Of a DNA stretch of 64,000 bases, positions 36,882 through 47,717 are shown piece after piece. Within the stretch, counting starts at the first letter, position 1, and every line of letters starts with the position of its first letter. A program made the translations under genes and the position numbers. Below the pieces are notes generated by a model that saw only the letters and a program-made list of their open reading frames with translations, was not told the DNA's origin and made no database searches. The stretch lies in the IMG/VR virus record IMGVR_UViG_3300048914_000176, positions 1 through 64,000 of that record. One strand, given 5' to 3'. This stretch comes from a virus.

Positions 36882-38417
36882 ATGCCTCAAACAATTGAAG
36901 ACCTACTGAACTCAGTGGATTACTCGGGGTTGGGACGATACACCCCGAGTTTATTTGCATTACAGTTTGTTAATTTTATTAAGTTAGTTTCTGCAGAGAC
37001 TCCTGAAGAGAATGAGTCTCCAGTCATTCACTTGATGATGTTGGATAAGCTGCCGACACAGAATCGTCGTGTCATCAATCTATGCTTTCGTGGTTCTGGT
37101 AAGACTAGTGTGTTCTCTGAATACCTGGTTCTCTATATTGCTGTATTCGGTGAGATTCCAGGTTTTGGTGATGTACCAGCCGGTATCTTTATTGGTAACT
37201 CAATGGACAAGGGTGTTGCTCAGCTTCGTAAGAATCTCGAGCTGAAATACAACAACAGCAAGTTTCTTCAGTATTGGATTCCTGAAGCCAAGTTTCGTGA
37301 TGATCACTTCGTATTCGTTAATCGAAATAATCATCGTTTTGCTTTAACTATGTATGGTGCCCAGAGCTCTGTCCGCGGTAGTCGTGATGGTAACAACCGA
37401 CCTGTTATTGCCATTCTGGATGACTTAATCAAAGACGATAGTGATGCTGCTTCACCAACGATCATGGCGAATATTCGTAACTTGATTACCAAGGAAATTC
37501 CTTTTGCACTTCATCCAACGAGACACAAGATCATTTGGAACGGTACGCCATTCAACAAGAATGATCCGTTGATTGAGGCTGTAGAAAGTGGTCACTGGGA
37601 TGTGAACGTTTGGCCAGTATGTGAACAATGGCCCTGTACGAAGGAAGAATTCCGCGGTGCTTGGCCTGATCGCTTTACTTACGAATACTGTTTGGATGCT
37701 TCGAAAGATCCGATAGCGTTCGGACAAGAAATGATGCTCCAGATTACTAACGAAGAAAGTATGTTGGTTAAAACAACTGACATCTCTTGGGGTCCGATCC
37801 TCGTTCATCCGTCTCCGATGTTCAACTATTACATCACCACCGACTTTGCTACGAAGGCATCTATCAAGAATGACTTCTCGGTGTTATTCGTATGGGCTTA
37901 TGACAACGATGGTAAATGGCGATGGATTAATGGTACTGTTAAGCGTCAAACGATGGATCAAAATATCAAGGACTTATTTGGTTACGTCATGCGGTATAAG
38001 CCCCTAGGCGTAACTATCGAGACTTCGGGACAGCAAGGAGGTTTTATTCCTTGGATTCAAGAAAAGATGCAAGAGTATCAACATTGGTTCAATGTAATTG
38101 AAACTCGACCAACCACAAACAAGTTGGCTTATTTCCAAATGGTTGTTCCATTACTCACCAATGGACAGGTCATTTTCCCAACTGAGTTGAAGGAAACCCC
38201 TGAACTGAAGGAGCTAATGCACGAAATCAGCCTAGCTACTCCCCAGGGCTTTAAGTCTAAGCATGATGATTGTCTTGATGGCACAAGTCGGCTTATGAAC
38301 ATTGTTCCAGTAAAGCCCGGCATCACGTATATTGAACAACAACAGGCGACTCCAGCTACCATGTGGGACACTAGACCACAACCTGAAGCTTCGCCCTTAA
38401 CAAGCTATGTCGTTTGA
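36882..38417 (+). CDS. terminase large subunit
   Basis: 511 aa. Walker-A-like CFRGSGKTS. Sits immediately upstream of the portal, as in N4 gp68. Confidence 0.8.
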   Translation: MPQTIEDLLNSVDYSGLGRYTPSLFALQFVNFIKLVSAETPEENESPVIHLMMLDKLPTQNRRVINLCFRGSGKTSVFSEYLVLYIAVFGEIPGFGDVPAGIFIGNSMDKGVAQLRKNLELKYNNSKFLQYWIPEAKFRDDHFVFVNRNNHRFALTMYGAQSSVRGSRDGNNRPVIAILDDLIKDDSDAASPTIMANIRNLITKEIPFALHPTRHKIIWNGTPFNKNDPLIEAVESGHWDVNVWPVCEQWPCTKEEFRGAWPDRFTYEYCLDASKDPIAFGQEMMLQITNEESMLVKTTDISWGPILVHPSPMFNYYITTDFATKASIKNDFSVLFVWAYDNDGKWRWINGTVKRQTMDQNIKDLFGYVMRYKPLGVTIETSGQQGGFIPWIQEKMQEYQHWFNVIETRPTTNKLAYFQMVVPLLTNGQVIFPTELKETPELKELMHEISLATPQGFKSKHDDCLDGTSRLMNIVPVKPGITYIEQQQATPATMWDTRPQPEASPLTSYVV

Positions 38418-38425
38418 GGTAATTC

Positions 38426-40579
38426 ATGGATACGCCAGTAACTGACACCCCCTCGGCCTATATAGACCTGGGTAAAGCTACCGGTTGGGTTAACCCACCG
38501 GGTGCTGGCGATTTACAGGCTGATATTGATGCTGCTCGTCCATCCCAACAGGAGTTTGTAACTGTCCTAAAGGAGTGGATGGATTACCTTGAGACTAGGG
38601 GTGCTGGTGCAGCCCCTAAACGAAAGGGTCGATCTCAAGTTCAACCAAAGCTCATTAAGAAGCATGCTGAATGGCGTCACCCATCCATGAGTGAGCCATT
38701 CCTATCGTCTTCGAAGCTGTTTACGGTTAAACCACGGACATGGGAAGATACCAAGAGTGCAGTAGATTCTGAGCTTTTGCTGAACTATCAGTTCGAACGC
38801 TATATCGACAAGGTGAAATTTGTTGATGAGTATGTTCGTGTTGGTAATAACCAAGGAACAGTTGTTATTGAGGTGGGTTGGAAACGGGTAGTTGAGATGA
38901 CACCAACTGAGGTGCCTACTATCTCTTTCTTTCAAATCACTGATCCAATGGACATGGAACAGTTGAAGGCTGATATTGGCTTGATGCGAAATCCGCTTGA
39001 GTTCAACAAACTTCCTGTTGAAAGAAAAGAAGCAGCTGACATGTCTATGCAACAGCAAGTTGCACTGATGGGTGTGGTCACTGCAATTGAAGTACAAATG
39101 GTTGAGAAGGTGGTTCAAAATCACCCAACTCTTACTATTGTCGATAACATGAACTTGTTCATCGATCCGACTTGCAATGGCAACATTCGTGAAGCTCGGT
39201 TTATTGGTTACTCTTTCGAAACTTCAAAGGGTGAGCTTCGTGCTGATGGTCGATACAAAAATATCGACATGATTACATCAAGTTCATCCGCAAATGCTGG
39301 TGAAGCTCAGCATGAAACAAATACGCCTAATACGTTTCAATTTAAGGATGAAGAACGTAAACGCTTTGTTGCCTACAAAATGTACTGTTTGTGGGACAAG
39401 GATAAAACTGGATATCTGCAACCAATCGTTGCTACTTGGGCAAATAGTGTTTTGCTTCAATTAGAAGACAGTCCATTCACTGATGGTGAATTTCCTTTCG
39501 TTGTGGTTCCTGTTAATCCCATTGTAAAGAAATGGTATGGCGAACCAGATGGTGCTTTACTAATCGAAAATCAAAAGACTGTCGGAGCTCTAACTCGCGG
39601 CATGATTGATTTGTTAGGTCGATCTGCTAATGGTCAGCAGGGTATGCCTAAACAGTTTCTTGATGCACCAAACCGAAAGAAATTTGATAATGGTGAGGAC
39701 TACGAATACAACCCACAGATGGGCAATCCAGAACAGCTCATTGTCATGCATAAGTATCCTGAGATTCCTCAGAGTGCTTTGATATTGTTGCAAAGCCAAG
39801 CAGCTGAAGCTGAGAGTCAAACTGGTGTAAACACCTTTGGTGGTGGTGTTAATGCTGGTTCACTTGGTGATGTTGCCGCAGGTATCAAAGGTGCGTTGGC
39901 TGCATCCGCTAAACGTGAAATGTCTATCCTTCGTCGTTATGCCAATGGCATGGCTGCGATTGGTCGTAAGTTTCTCTCAATGTCAAAGGACTTTTTGACT
40001 GATGCTGAAATCATCCGAATCACAAACGAACAGTTTGTATCGATTACTCGCGAAGGTATCGATGGACAATATGACATCTCAGTTGAAGTGGCTTCAGCAG
40101 AAGAGGACAACCTCAAAGCTCAAGAACTCAGTTTCATGTTGCAAACAATCGGACCTTCTGTTGATTGGGGCATCACTCGAAAAGTGATGTCTGAAATTGC
40201 TCGCCTTCGAAAGATGCCTTTATTGGCTCATGAGATTGCTGAATATGAGCCACAGCCTGATCCATTAGCTGCAGCCGAAACTGAAGCTAAGGTTCGTAAA
40301 TTAAACGCAGAGGCTGCTGCCGCGGAAGCTCAAGCATTAGCTGACCAAGCTCGAGCTCAATATTATTTGGCTCAGTCTCGTAAATTGGGTAGTGAAGCTG
40401 ACCTAAATGACTTGGACTTCATTGAGCAGGAATCTGGTACGAAGCATGTTCGTAAGATGGCTGAACTGGAAGCACAGAGTGAAGCTAATCAGGACTTGGC
40501 AGTTACTAAGTCTCTGGTAGACAATGGCAATGTACCTGCTGCTATTGGCTTCAATCAACTCTCCAGATCCAGGGCGTAA
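38426..40579 (+). CDS. portal protein
   Basis: 717 aa. Position between terminase and capsid genes. Acidic, coiled C-terminus. Confidence 0.7.
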   Translation: MDTPVTDTPSAYIDLGKATGWVNPPGAGDLQADIDAARPSQQEFVTVLKEWMDYLETRGAGAAPKRKGRSQVQPKLIKKHAEWRHPSMSEPFLSSSKLFTVKPRTWEDTKSAVDSELLLNYQFERYIDKVKFVDEYVRVGNNQGTVVIEVGWKRVVEMTPTEVPTISFFQITDPMDMEQLKADIGLMRNPLEFNKLPVERKEAADMSMQQQVALMGVVTAIEVQMVEKVVQNHPTLTIVDNMNLFIDPTCNGNIREARFIGYSFETSKGELRADGRYKNIDMITSSSSANAGEAQHETNTPNTFQFKDEERKRFVAYKMYCLWDKDKTGYLQPIVATWANSVLLQLEDSPFTDGEFPFVVVPVNPIVKKWYGEPDGALLIENQKTVGALTRGMIDLLGRSANGQQGMPKQFLDAPNRKKFDNGEDYEYNPQMGNPEQLIVMHKYPEIPQSALILLQSQAAEAESQTGVNTFGGGVNAGSLGDVAAGIKGALAASAKREMSILRRYANGMAAIGRKFLSMSKDFLTDAEIIRITNEQFVSITREGIDGQYDISVEVASAEEDNLKAQELSFMLQTIGPSVDWGITRKVMSEIARLRKMPLLAHEIAEYEPQPDPLAAAETEAKVRKLNAEAAAAEAQALADQARAQYYLAQSRKLGSEADLNDLDFIEQESGTKHVRKMAELEAQSEANQDLAVTKSLVDNGNVPAAIGFNQLSRSRA

Positions 40580-40582
40580 CTT

Positions 40583-40870
40583 GTGCATGAACCTGAAATG
40601 GCTGAATGCCGCCGACGAATAACGTTGGCGGCTTCTCTATACACCCTCCTAAATCACAACCCCGATTTTAAGGCGGTTATTAAGGATGGGTTTCTCCATG
40701 ATGCTGTACTTCAACATTCCCTTAACATTAACAGGGATAAAAGCGGTACTATCGCTTTCTTGAAGGCAGTATCTACCTTCAAAGATTATCTGGATTCAAT
40801 CACTCGTGAGGGTGAACAAGCCCAGATTGATTTACTTAATTATCAAGAACTTCAACAGGATGCGCGATAA
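40583..40870 (+). CDS. hypothetical protein
   Basis: 95 aa. Confidence 0.35.
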   Translation: MHEPEMAECRRRITLAASLYTLLNHNPDFKAVIKDGFLHDAVLQHSLNINRDKSGTIAFLKAVSTFKDYLDSITREGEQAQIDLLNYQELQQDAR

Positions 40871-41991
40871 TGGCTACCCTTACCGATGATGCTTTTTTGG
40901 CTGAAGTGGATTCATTGATTGCTGGACGAGAAAACACTCTTGTTCCAAAAACACCAGAAGCTCCAACTGAACCCCCTGCTGTTGTTGAGCCTCCCGTAGT
41001 TGTTCCTCCGGTTGAAGAACCGGCCAAAACACCGGACACCGTTCAACCTACGGTGGTGGAACCTCCAGTAAATCCAGATCCTTCCGCTCCTACTGATCCG
41101 GCCAAAACTCCGGCAGAACCGCCTGTTGAACCAGCAGCACCTGTTGAGCCACCCGTTGCTCCGACAGCACCTGACTATCAAGCAATTCATGCTCGATTAT
41201 TTGGTACGCCTATCCGAGCTGGCGGCCAAGACATCACACTTAATACAGTTGATGAAGCTATTTCCCTTATTCAAAAGGGTGTCGGTTTTCACAATAAGAT
41301 GAACAAAGTCCAGAAGGACTTAGCTATTGCCGAAACTCTTCGTAATGCCGGTATTGATCAATCGCAATTAAACTTGTTGATTGATGCTCATCAGAAGAAA
41401 CCGGGGGCTATCAAGAAACTACTTGACTCAGCTAAGATTGATCCATTAACTTTAGATACTGCCGAGGCAAGCACCTACGCCCCTTCGGATCATAGCGTCC
41501 CAGAAGAGCAGGTTCGTTTCCAATCAGTTATTACGGACTTAACTGATACGCCACACGGAACTGCTGTTCTACAAGATGCACGTAGTTGGGATCAGGCTAG
41601 TAAGGCCGAGGTTTATAAAAACCCTGGCGTTCTAGAACTACTGGGCCAACAGAAGGAATCGGGACGATACGACCTGATCAAAGCTCAGGTGGATCGGCAA
41701 AGACTGTTGGGAGCAATTCCAGCCACTGAGCCTTTCCTTCAGTCGTACACCCGCGTAGGGCAGCAGATGATGCAGGCTGGAGCGTTCAACCCCACCCCGG
41801 TTGTTACCCCCACACCAACTCCTGTCGCCCAGAAAGTTGTGACTCCCGTCGCACCCGCCAACTCAAAGAAAGCCGCTGCTGCAGCTCCTACTAGGGCATC
41901 AAACCCTACTGTGACACCTACAGCTCCTGTTACTGAAAAGATGACGGATGCTGAATTCGACGTATTTTTTAAGAAAACTTTCAATATCTGA
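40870..41991 (+). CDS. putative scaffolding protein (Pro/Glu/Val-rich low-complexity N-half)
   Basis: PEAPTEPPAVVEPPVVVPPVEEPAKTP... repeats. Immediately precedes the major capsid gene. Confidence 0.4.
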   Translation: MATLTDDAFLAEVDSLIAGRENTLVPKTPEAPTEPPAVVEPPVVVPPVEEPAKTPDTVQPTVVEPPVNPDPSAPTDPAKTPAEPPVEPAAPVEPPVAPTAPDYQAIHARLFGTPIRAGGQDITLNTVDEAISLIQKGVGFHNKMNKVQKDLAIAETLRNAGIDQSQLNLLIDAHQKKPGAIKKLLDSAKIDPLTLDTAEASTYAPSDHSVPEEQVRFQSVITDLTDTPHGTAVLQDARSWDQASKAEVYKNPGVLELLGQQKESGRYDLIKAQVDRQRLLGAIPATEPFLQSYTRVGQQMMQAGAFNPTPVVTPTPTPVAQKVVTPVAPANSKKAAAAAPTRASNPTVTPTAPVTEKMTDAEFDVFFKKTFNI

Positions 41992-42014
41992 GTTGATGTA
42001 AGAGGTATCCAAAT

Positions 42015-43220
42015 ATGGCTATGCAATATAACGCCCCTCCGGGGAGTCCATCGAATATCGGTGCTCAGGAGGTTGTGAAATTCCTGAACCGAAAAGCGAT
42101 TATCGAAGCGGTGAAGTATTCGCACTTCTCGAAGCTGTCTAGTGTCCAGAACCAGCCTGCTGGTTATGGCAAAACCTTCACGAAGTATCGCTATTACCCA
42201 TTGCTGTCTGATCTGAACACCAACCTGCAGGGTATTGACGCTGCTGGTGCTGCTCTCACTGGTGCTGCTGGTGGTAATCCTGGTTACGGTAATCTGTATG
42301 GTTCAAGCCGTGACTTCGGTTTGATCACCTCGAAGATTCCGTATGTGTCTGAAGGCGCTGATCGTGTGAACCGTGTTGGTATCACCCGTACGTCTGTGTC
42401 CGCGACACTTACTCGAGTTGGTTTCTTCGCTGATTGGACGGATGAATCGATGCAGTTTGATTCGGATCTGCAGATGCAGAGCCATTTCACGGATGAACTG
42501 GTTAAGGGTGCCGAGCAGTTGAAGGAAGGTTTGCTGCAGTTGGATCTCGTGAACGGTGCTGGTGTGATTCGTTACGCTGGTTCTGCTACGAGCTTGGCAA
42601 CTGTCACTGCTGAAGGTGCTGGTGCTGCGATCATCGATTATGACGATGTGATTCGTTTGAGCATTGCCTTGGATACGAATCGCGCTCCGAAGCGTTTCAC
42701 TATCCTGAAGGGTTCGACTCTGGTGGATACGGCGACTGTGAACGGTTCTCGTGCACTGTTCATTCCGCCTGAACTGCAGACGACCTTTATGGACATGGTT
42801 AACACGAACGGTACTGAAATGTTCACCCCGGTTGAGAAGTATGCTTCTCAGACCACTGTGCTTGAAGGTGAAATTGGTGCAGTTGGTGGTTTCCGAGTGA
42901 TCGTGAACCAGGAAATGTTTGTCCATGCTGATGATGGTGCGGTGCCTTCGGCCAATCCGGGTTACCGTGCAGTTGCCGGTCATTACAGCGTGTACAACTG
43001 CTTGGCGGTTGCCGGTGACAGCTTTACTTCGATTGGCTTCCAGACGAATTCGCCTGAAGCTCCGAAGTTTAACTTGGTCATCAAGCCGCCTGGTCCTGAT
43101 GCCGTAACTCTGGACAACCCGTACGGTAATAAGGGCGTGGCTTCGATTCAGTTCTACTATGCAACGCTGATTGAGCGTAGCGACTGGATCGGCTTGCTCC
43201 GCGGTGTTGCCCCGCTCTAA
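42015..43220 (+). CDS. major capsid protein
   Basis: 401 aa, the same length as N4 gp56. Strong SD (AGAGGT). Strong terminator just downstream. Correct position in the N4 gene order. Confidence 0.7.
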   Translation: MAMQYNAPPGSPSNIGAQEVVKFLNRKAIIEAVKYSHFSKLSSVQNQPAGYGKTFTKYRYYPLLSDLNTNLQGIDAAGAALTGAAGGNPGYGNLYGSSRDFGLITSKIPYVSEGADRVNRVGITRTSVSATLTRVGFFADWTDESMQFDSDLQMQSHFTDELVKGAEQLKEGLLQLDLVNGAGVIRYAGSATSLATVTAEGAGAAIIDYDDVIRLSIALDTNRAPKRFTILKGSTLVDTATVNGSRALFIPPELQTTFMDMVNTNGTEMFTPVEKYASQTTVLEGEIGAVGGFRVIVNQEMFVHADDGAVPSANPGYRAVAGHYSVYNCLAVAGDSFTSIGFQTNSPEAPKFNLVIKPPGPDAVTLDNPYGNKGVASIQFYYATLIERSDWIGLLRGVAPL

Positions 43221-43237
43221 TAAGCGGTGCTAAGCTA

Positions 43238-43273
43238 GGGGCTAAGCTTAATCGGCTTAGCCCCTTTTCTTTT
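43238..43273 (+). terminator. rho-independent terminator after the capsid gene
   Basis: GGGGCTAAGC ttaatcg GCTTAGCCCC then TTTTCTTTT. Confidence 0.8.
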
Positions 43274-43817
43274 GTGTCAACAAAGGTCAACTTCAATGAC
43301 TACACCTGATCTCGAAGCAGTCCGAGCCGAAGCTAAAGAACTTGGTTTGGACTATCACCCAGCTATGAAAGCTGAAACTATTCAGAAACTTATTGATGCT
43401 CATAAAAACGGGGATAAAGATAAAGAAACTCCTGAAAAGAGTGATCCAACTGAAGAAGAACTTGAAGATGCTCGATTGAAAGATGCATTGGCTCTAATCC
43501 CTGTTACGATTACTTCAATGGACCCGGCTGATTCGTCTGTTACCGCGGTGACTGTTTCAGTTGGCAATCGAAAGCTTGGCCAAATCACTAAGGTGATTCC
43601 TTTCGGTCATAAGTGGTATATGCCAAGAATTCTTGTTGATCACCTGAAAGCTCAGCAGTTTTGTCGTAGTTCGATGATTCCTGTTCCTGGTGGTTTGGAA
43701 CGTCTGCAAACTCAATGGATTCAAAAGTACGCCATTCAAAAACATCCATTGCCAAGCCCGCAGGAACTGGCTGATCTGGCAAAACTCCAGCTCCAGGGTA
43801 ATGAACTGGCGAAGTAA
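43272..43817 (+). CDS. hypothetical virion protein
   Basis: 181 aa. Confidence 0.45.
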   Translation: MCQQRSTSMTTPDLEAVRAEAKELGLDYHPAMKAETIQKLIDAHKNGDKDKETPEKSDPTEEELEDARLKDALALIPVTITSMDPADSSVTAVTVSVGNRKLGQITKVIPFGHKWYMPRILVDHLKAQQFCRSSMIPVPGGLERLQTQWIQKYAIQKHPLPSPQELADLAKLQLQGNELAK

Positions 43818-43837
43818 GCAAGTTCTGGATACCATTC

Positions 43838-43870
43838 GGGCGGGGGTCTATTGATCCTCGCCCTTTTTAT
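43838..43870 (+). terminator. rho-independent terminator-like hairpin
   Basis: GGGCGGGG gtctattgat CCTCGCCC then TTTTTATTT. Confidence 0.6.
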
Positions 43871-43883
43871 TTGAGGTGCCATA

Positions 43884-44969
43884 ATGGCCATTGACCTGAC
43901 TACACCAGCAGAAGCCATCAGTGAAGCGGCTAATTTATTTGTAGGACTCACTGTTGATGCGCCTCCGCTGCCTACGTTTCCAACTGCACCGGAAATCGAC
44001 ATTGACTTACCGGGAGCATTACCTACTGATTTAACAGCTGCAATCGATATTCCAACTGTTAGCGAACTGACTAGCGGTGCGGTAGCCGGTGATGGTGTAT
44101 TTGATCGAATGATGTCAGCACTGAATGCTCACATTGAAGCGCAATACCTCAAAGGTGTTATTGCTCAAAGTGATGTAGCTAAGATTTATGTAGCTGCGAT
44201 TGAAACTGTATTTCCTCAAGCGGCACAGTTTCTACTTACTTCTCAACAAGCTTATTGGCAAGCAAAGCTTGTTCAAGTTCAGGCACAGAACGCTTGGCTT
44301 GAACGTGCACGATTGAATGCTGAAATTCAAACTGCTCGACTAGTTGCATATAAAGCTCAAGCTGATGCCTTTACTTCTCAGGTAAACGCAAGTACCGCAG
44401 CTGCTACTTTCGCTAATGCAAAAATGAATCTGGTAGCCACACTTCAGCAGATCAACAGTCAAGAAATCATCGAAGCTAAAAATCAAGCTGATTACGATGC
44501 TTCGTATGTTCAGACACACACCACACTGCCAGATGGCACAGTACCGGGTGGTATGTTTGAGAAAGATATGGCTTTAAAGACAAGTCAAATTCTTACTCAA
44601 ACTAAGCAACAACTCTTGTTGGATGCTCAGAGCAATGTTCAACGTGCTCAAACATACAATACGAATACTGATGGTTCGTCTGTTCTTGGCATTATTGGTG
44701 TACAGAAAGATTTGTATAACCAGCAAATCCAAAGCTATGTACAAGATGGCAAGAATAAAGGTGTCAAGCTAGTGGCTGATTTGTGGACTTCAGCTAAAGC
44801 ACTGGATGATTCTGTGCAATCCCCAGGTCCGTTGTCCGGCAACTTGATGATGGCGTTGAATACCTATCTCAATGGTTTAGGTATCCCGAACGCAATGGTT
44901 GGTGCAGATACTCCGGGAACCGGTGTACCGTCTACTGATCACAACTGGAATAGCCCAGGTCAGCAATAA
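43884..44969 (+). CDS. hypothetical virion structural protein
   Basis: 361 aa. Position matches N4 gp54/55. Confidence 0.45.
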   Translation: MAIDLTTPAEAISEAANLFVGLTVDAPPLPTFPTAPEIDIDLPGALPTDLTAAIDIPTVSELTSGAVAGDGVFDRMMSALNAHIEAQYLKGVIAQSDVAKIYVAAIETVFPQAAQFLLTSQQAYWQAKLVQVQAQNAWLERARLNAEIQTARLVAYKAQADAFTSQVNASTAAATFANAKMNLVATLQQINSQEIIEAKNQADYDASYVQTHTTLPDGTVPGGMFEKDMALKTSQILTQTKQQLLLDAQSNVQRAQTYNTNTDGSSVLGIIGVQKDLYNQQIQSYVQDGKNKGVKLVADLWTSAKALDDSVQSPGPLSGNLMMALNTYLNGLGIPNAMVGADTPGTGVPSTDHNWNSPGQQ

Positions 44970-47221
44970 TGGGACTCTTCAGCCGTAAAACAATTATCAG
45001 CGTCGCCAGTGTCATCTATCCAATGGGTGAAACTGGCGACAGGATACCTGATGTGGTGAAAGCCAGCGTCATTACGGCTGGACTACAGGGTCGATCTGTT
45101 CCTAATGCAATCAAAACCAGCATCTTGGATGGTGTTGGTATTAAATTGGCACAGGGATACAACTATGCAAGAACAAAATATTACGCTGGTATGCCAAGAG
45201 GTTTGCCAGCTAACTATTCATTGCGAGATAACAGAACGCTTGAGTTACTAATTGAGGAACATTTACGTCGTATATATCCATCAAACGTAGTAGATGTCAC
45301 TGAAAACTCAGTTAGCTATGAAGACGACTTCATCACTGTAGTTAATAATGAGATAGCTGCATATTGGGACTATGATTGGTTTGAAAATGAAACACGTTCT
45401 CCTTCTGGATCAGTACAAACAGGAGCATCTTTAGTTGTTGCTGGTCCTTTTTATGATTGGCAAGGTGAAGATGGACATATCGATGATATGCGCTATCAAC
45501 TTACCTTTACTAATCCAGACAGCACTATCGTTGTTATAGACCAATGGTTTCCTCAAACCATATTTACTGGGCATGAACAGCGTGTTCCACGAGTGGTGGC
45601 TAACTACACTTTAGATGGTAGTCTTCAACAAGCATTCTCATATCGATATGGTGGTGATGACGCTCGCCTTAATCTGTTCTTACGCCAATTGAATGCGTAT
45701 GAAAGTGGAACATTTCCACCTATTACACTTAAAAAGAATAATGTCTATTTAAATGACAATCGCTTCAGTGGAAGTAATTGGAAAACCAGTGCTGCCTACC
45801 GTACTTCAAAAGAGTATGGCAATCGAATGAAGATTGATATTGATGAGATGATTTCAGTTATTCGAGACAATGCAAATGAAGGTGATATCGATTATGCCTT
45901 CATTCAACCAGGTATCATTTTGGCTTCACCTACACAAATTGCAAAGAAGTACTTATTTAACTACTTCATGAATTTGTACAATGTTTTTCCAAACAACAAA
46001 CCAGCATTTGATGACTGGAGATCTAGAGCTCTCTATGAACATCATGGTGTAGTTAGTAAAAACCTTGCACAGAACTGTCCTGCGCAAAGCTTTCGGATTT
46101 ATGATCCTGACAACCAGGCTAATTCTATTGATATGGAAATCGCTTGGAGATACATCACAGTTGAAACTAAGAGTGGTCACATAGATGGGTATCAAACTGA
46201 ATGTGGTCCGAAAGAAATTCTTAATGCACAGTTTCAAAGCAAAACTCGAATTAGCGAAGATTTTGATGTTACAAAGCTTTGGATTCGACGACCGATCGAT
46301 GACACAACATATGAAGAAATTTGTGTCGCCGGCCTTTGGCATGAAAACTACGTCTATAAGGGTCACTCAGTACAAAGCGCTGTTTGGGATATGTTTAACG
46401 ATCCTGATGGTGACTTCGGTACTGGCTTTATTATTCCTTTGGATTACGGCATTTTCATCACATTGAATTCCCGTGATCGATTGCAATTGGCTCAAGAATG
46501 TTTCCACATGGTGTTTAATTGTTATGTGGCTAGAAAACAGAAATGGTATGAGACGGGTATCTTTAGAGTTGTTCTAATTATTATTGCTGCCATTATCATT
46601 TATTTTTCTTGGGGAACACTGACTGAATTTGCAACAAGTTTATATGCATACTTTAGTGCTGCTTTAATCATCGCAGTAGGAGCAACATTAGCTGCAGCTA
46701 TAGCCGTGGTACTTACTGCCTTTGTTATCTCTGCAATCTATGTAGGTGTATCTTTTGTTGCAAAGGAAGCTGGTCAATGGGCTGCTGAACATTGGGGTGC
46801 TGCTTGGGGTGCTGTTGTTCAAATTGCTACAACCATTATATTAAGCTATGGCGTCACCCAAATTCCGGGTGTTCCGGCAATGCCAGCTGCAAGCCTACCT
46901 ACAACTGTATTGCGAACAAGTTCGTTCATTATTAGTGGTATGTCGGCATACACCGAATACACTTACATGGCTCTACAGAACGAAATTAAAACATGGGAAG
47001 ACTACGCTACTGGTCCTGATAATCCATTAAAGCAAGTGAATGATCTTCTCCAAGAGATGTTTCCTGATCTTACTTTCACTCAACAGGCAATCCTTCCTCA
47101 TCCAGAAAGTATGGAAGAGTTCCTTGGAAGAACACTCACTTTATCTGATGGCTTAACAAATCGCTTGATATCGCCTATCCGGGATATGGTGGAGTTGACA
47201 TTGACTCCACGATTACCATAG
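44969..47221 (+). CDS. virion protein with C-terminal multi-TM region (putative internal/ejection protein)
   Basis: 750 aa. Residues ~520-620 form 3-4 hydrophobic helices (IFRVVLIIIAAIIIYF..., LIIAVGATLAAAIAVVLTAFVISAIYVGV, AVVQIATTIILSYGV). Confidence 0.45.
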   Translation: MGLFSRKTIISVASVIYPMGETGDRIPDVVKASVITAGLQGRSVPNAIKTSILDGVGIKLAQGYNYARTKYYAGMPRGLPANYSLRDNRTLELLIEEHLRRIYPSNVVDVTENSVSYEDDFITVVNNEIAAYWDYDWFENETRSPSGSVQTGASLVVAGPFYDWQGEDGHIDDMRYQLTFTNPDSTIVVIDQWFPQTIFTGHEQRVPRVVANYTLDGSLQQAFSYRYGGDDARLNLFLRQLNAYESGTFPPITLKKNNVYLNDNRFSGSNWKTSAAYRTSKEYGNRMKIDIDEMISVIRDNANEGDIDYAFIQPGIILASPTQIAKKYLFNYFMNLYNVFPNNKPAFDDWRSRALYEHHGVVSKNLAQNCPAQSFRIYDPDNQANSIDMEIAWRYITVETKSGHIDGYQTECGPKEILNAQFQSKTRISEDFDVTKLWIRRPIDDTTYEEICVAGLWHENYVYKGHSVQSAVWDMFNDPDGDFGTGFIIPLDYGIFITLNSRDRLQLAQECFHMVFNCYVARKQKWYETGIFRVVLIIIAAIIIYFSWGTLTEFATSLYAYFSAALIIAVGATLAAAIAVVLTAFVISAIYVGVSFVAKEAGQWAAEHWGAAWGAVVQIATTIILSYGVTQIPGVPAMPAASLPTTVLRTSSFIISGMSAYTEYTYMALQNEIKTWEDYATGPDNPLKQVNDLLQEMFPDLTFTQQAILPHPESMEEFLGRTLTLSDGLTNRLISPIRDMVELTLTPRLP

Positions 47222-47231
47222 CTCAATCTAC

Positions 47232-47714
47232 TTGTATTCTTTGGAGGATCTCCGTATGGCCGGATACGATTACATGAGTCAGCCCTTGCTACCGCAAGTG
47301 AACTCGTGGGGCAATGACACTTTTGGTGATCTAGCTGCACTCAGTGGTGATAGTGGCAGAGCATCCGCTATTCCTGCTGGAGTATCAGCACAGAACCAAA
47401 GCATGTTTGGCTATACCCCTTGGGGTAGTGGTCCTGGACAGGCTTCTGGTATTGGCTACTTCGGTGCCAATATGCCGCTGTTTTCTGCTGGTATTCAAGG
47501 CTTGTCTCAATTGGGTAATGTTTATCTTGGCGTTAAGCAGCTTGGCTTAGCTAAAGATTCATTCAACCTTAATAAGCGGGCATTTGAAACCAATCTCCGT
47601 AATTCGACCGCTGCGTATAACACGCAAATTCGTGATCGAATTGCTGGTCGAAGCTACGCTACCGAAGCTGAGCGAGAAGCTGCACTTCGAGCCGCTCTGC
47701 TTCCCGAGGGTTAA
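47232..47714 (+). CDS. hypothetical virion protein
   Basis: 160 aa, Gly-rich. Confidence 0.4.
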   Translation: MYSLEDLRMAGYDYMSQPLLPQVNSWGNDTFGDLAALSGDSGRASAIPAGVSAQNQSMFGYTPWGSGPGQASGIGYFGANMPLFSAGIQGLSQLGNVYLGVKQLGLAKDSFNLNKRAFETNLRNSTAAYNTQIRDRIAGRSYATEAEREAALRAALLPEG

Positions 47715-47717
47715 TCA

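Noticed and set aside
42303-42983. 226-aa antisense ORF inside the capsid gene
   Set aside because: Opposite strand of a strongly supported major capsid gene, with an Arg/Thr/His-rich unnatural composition.
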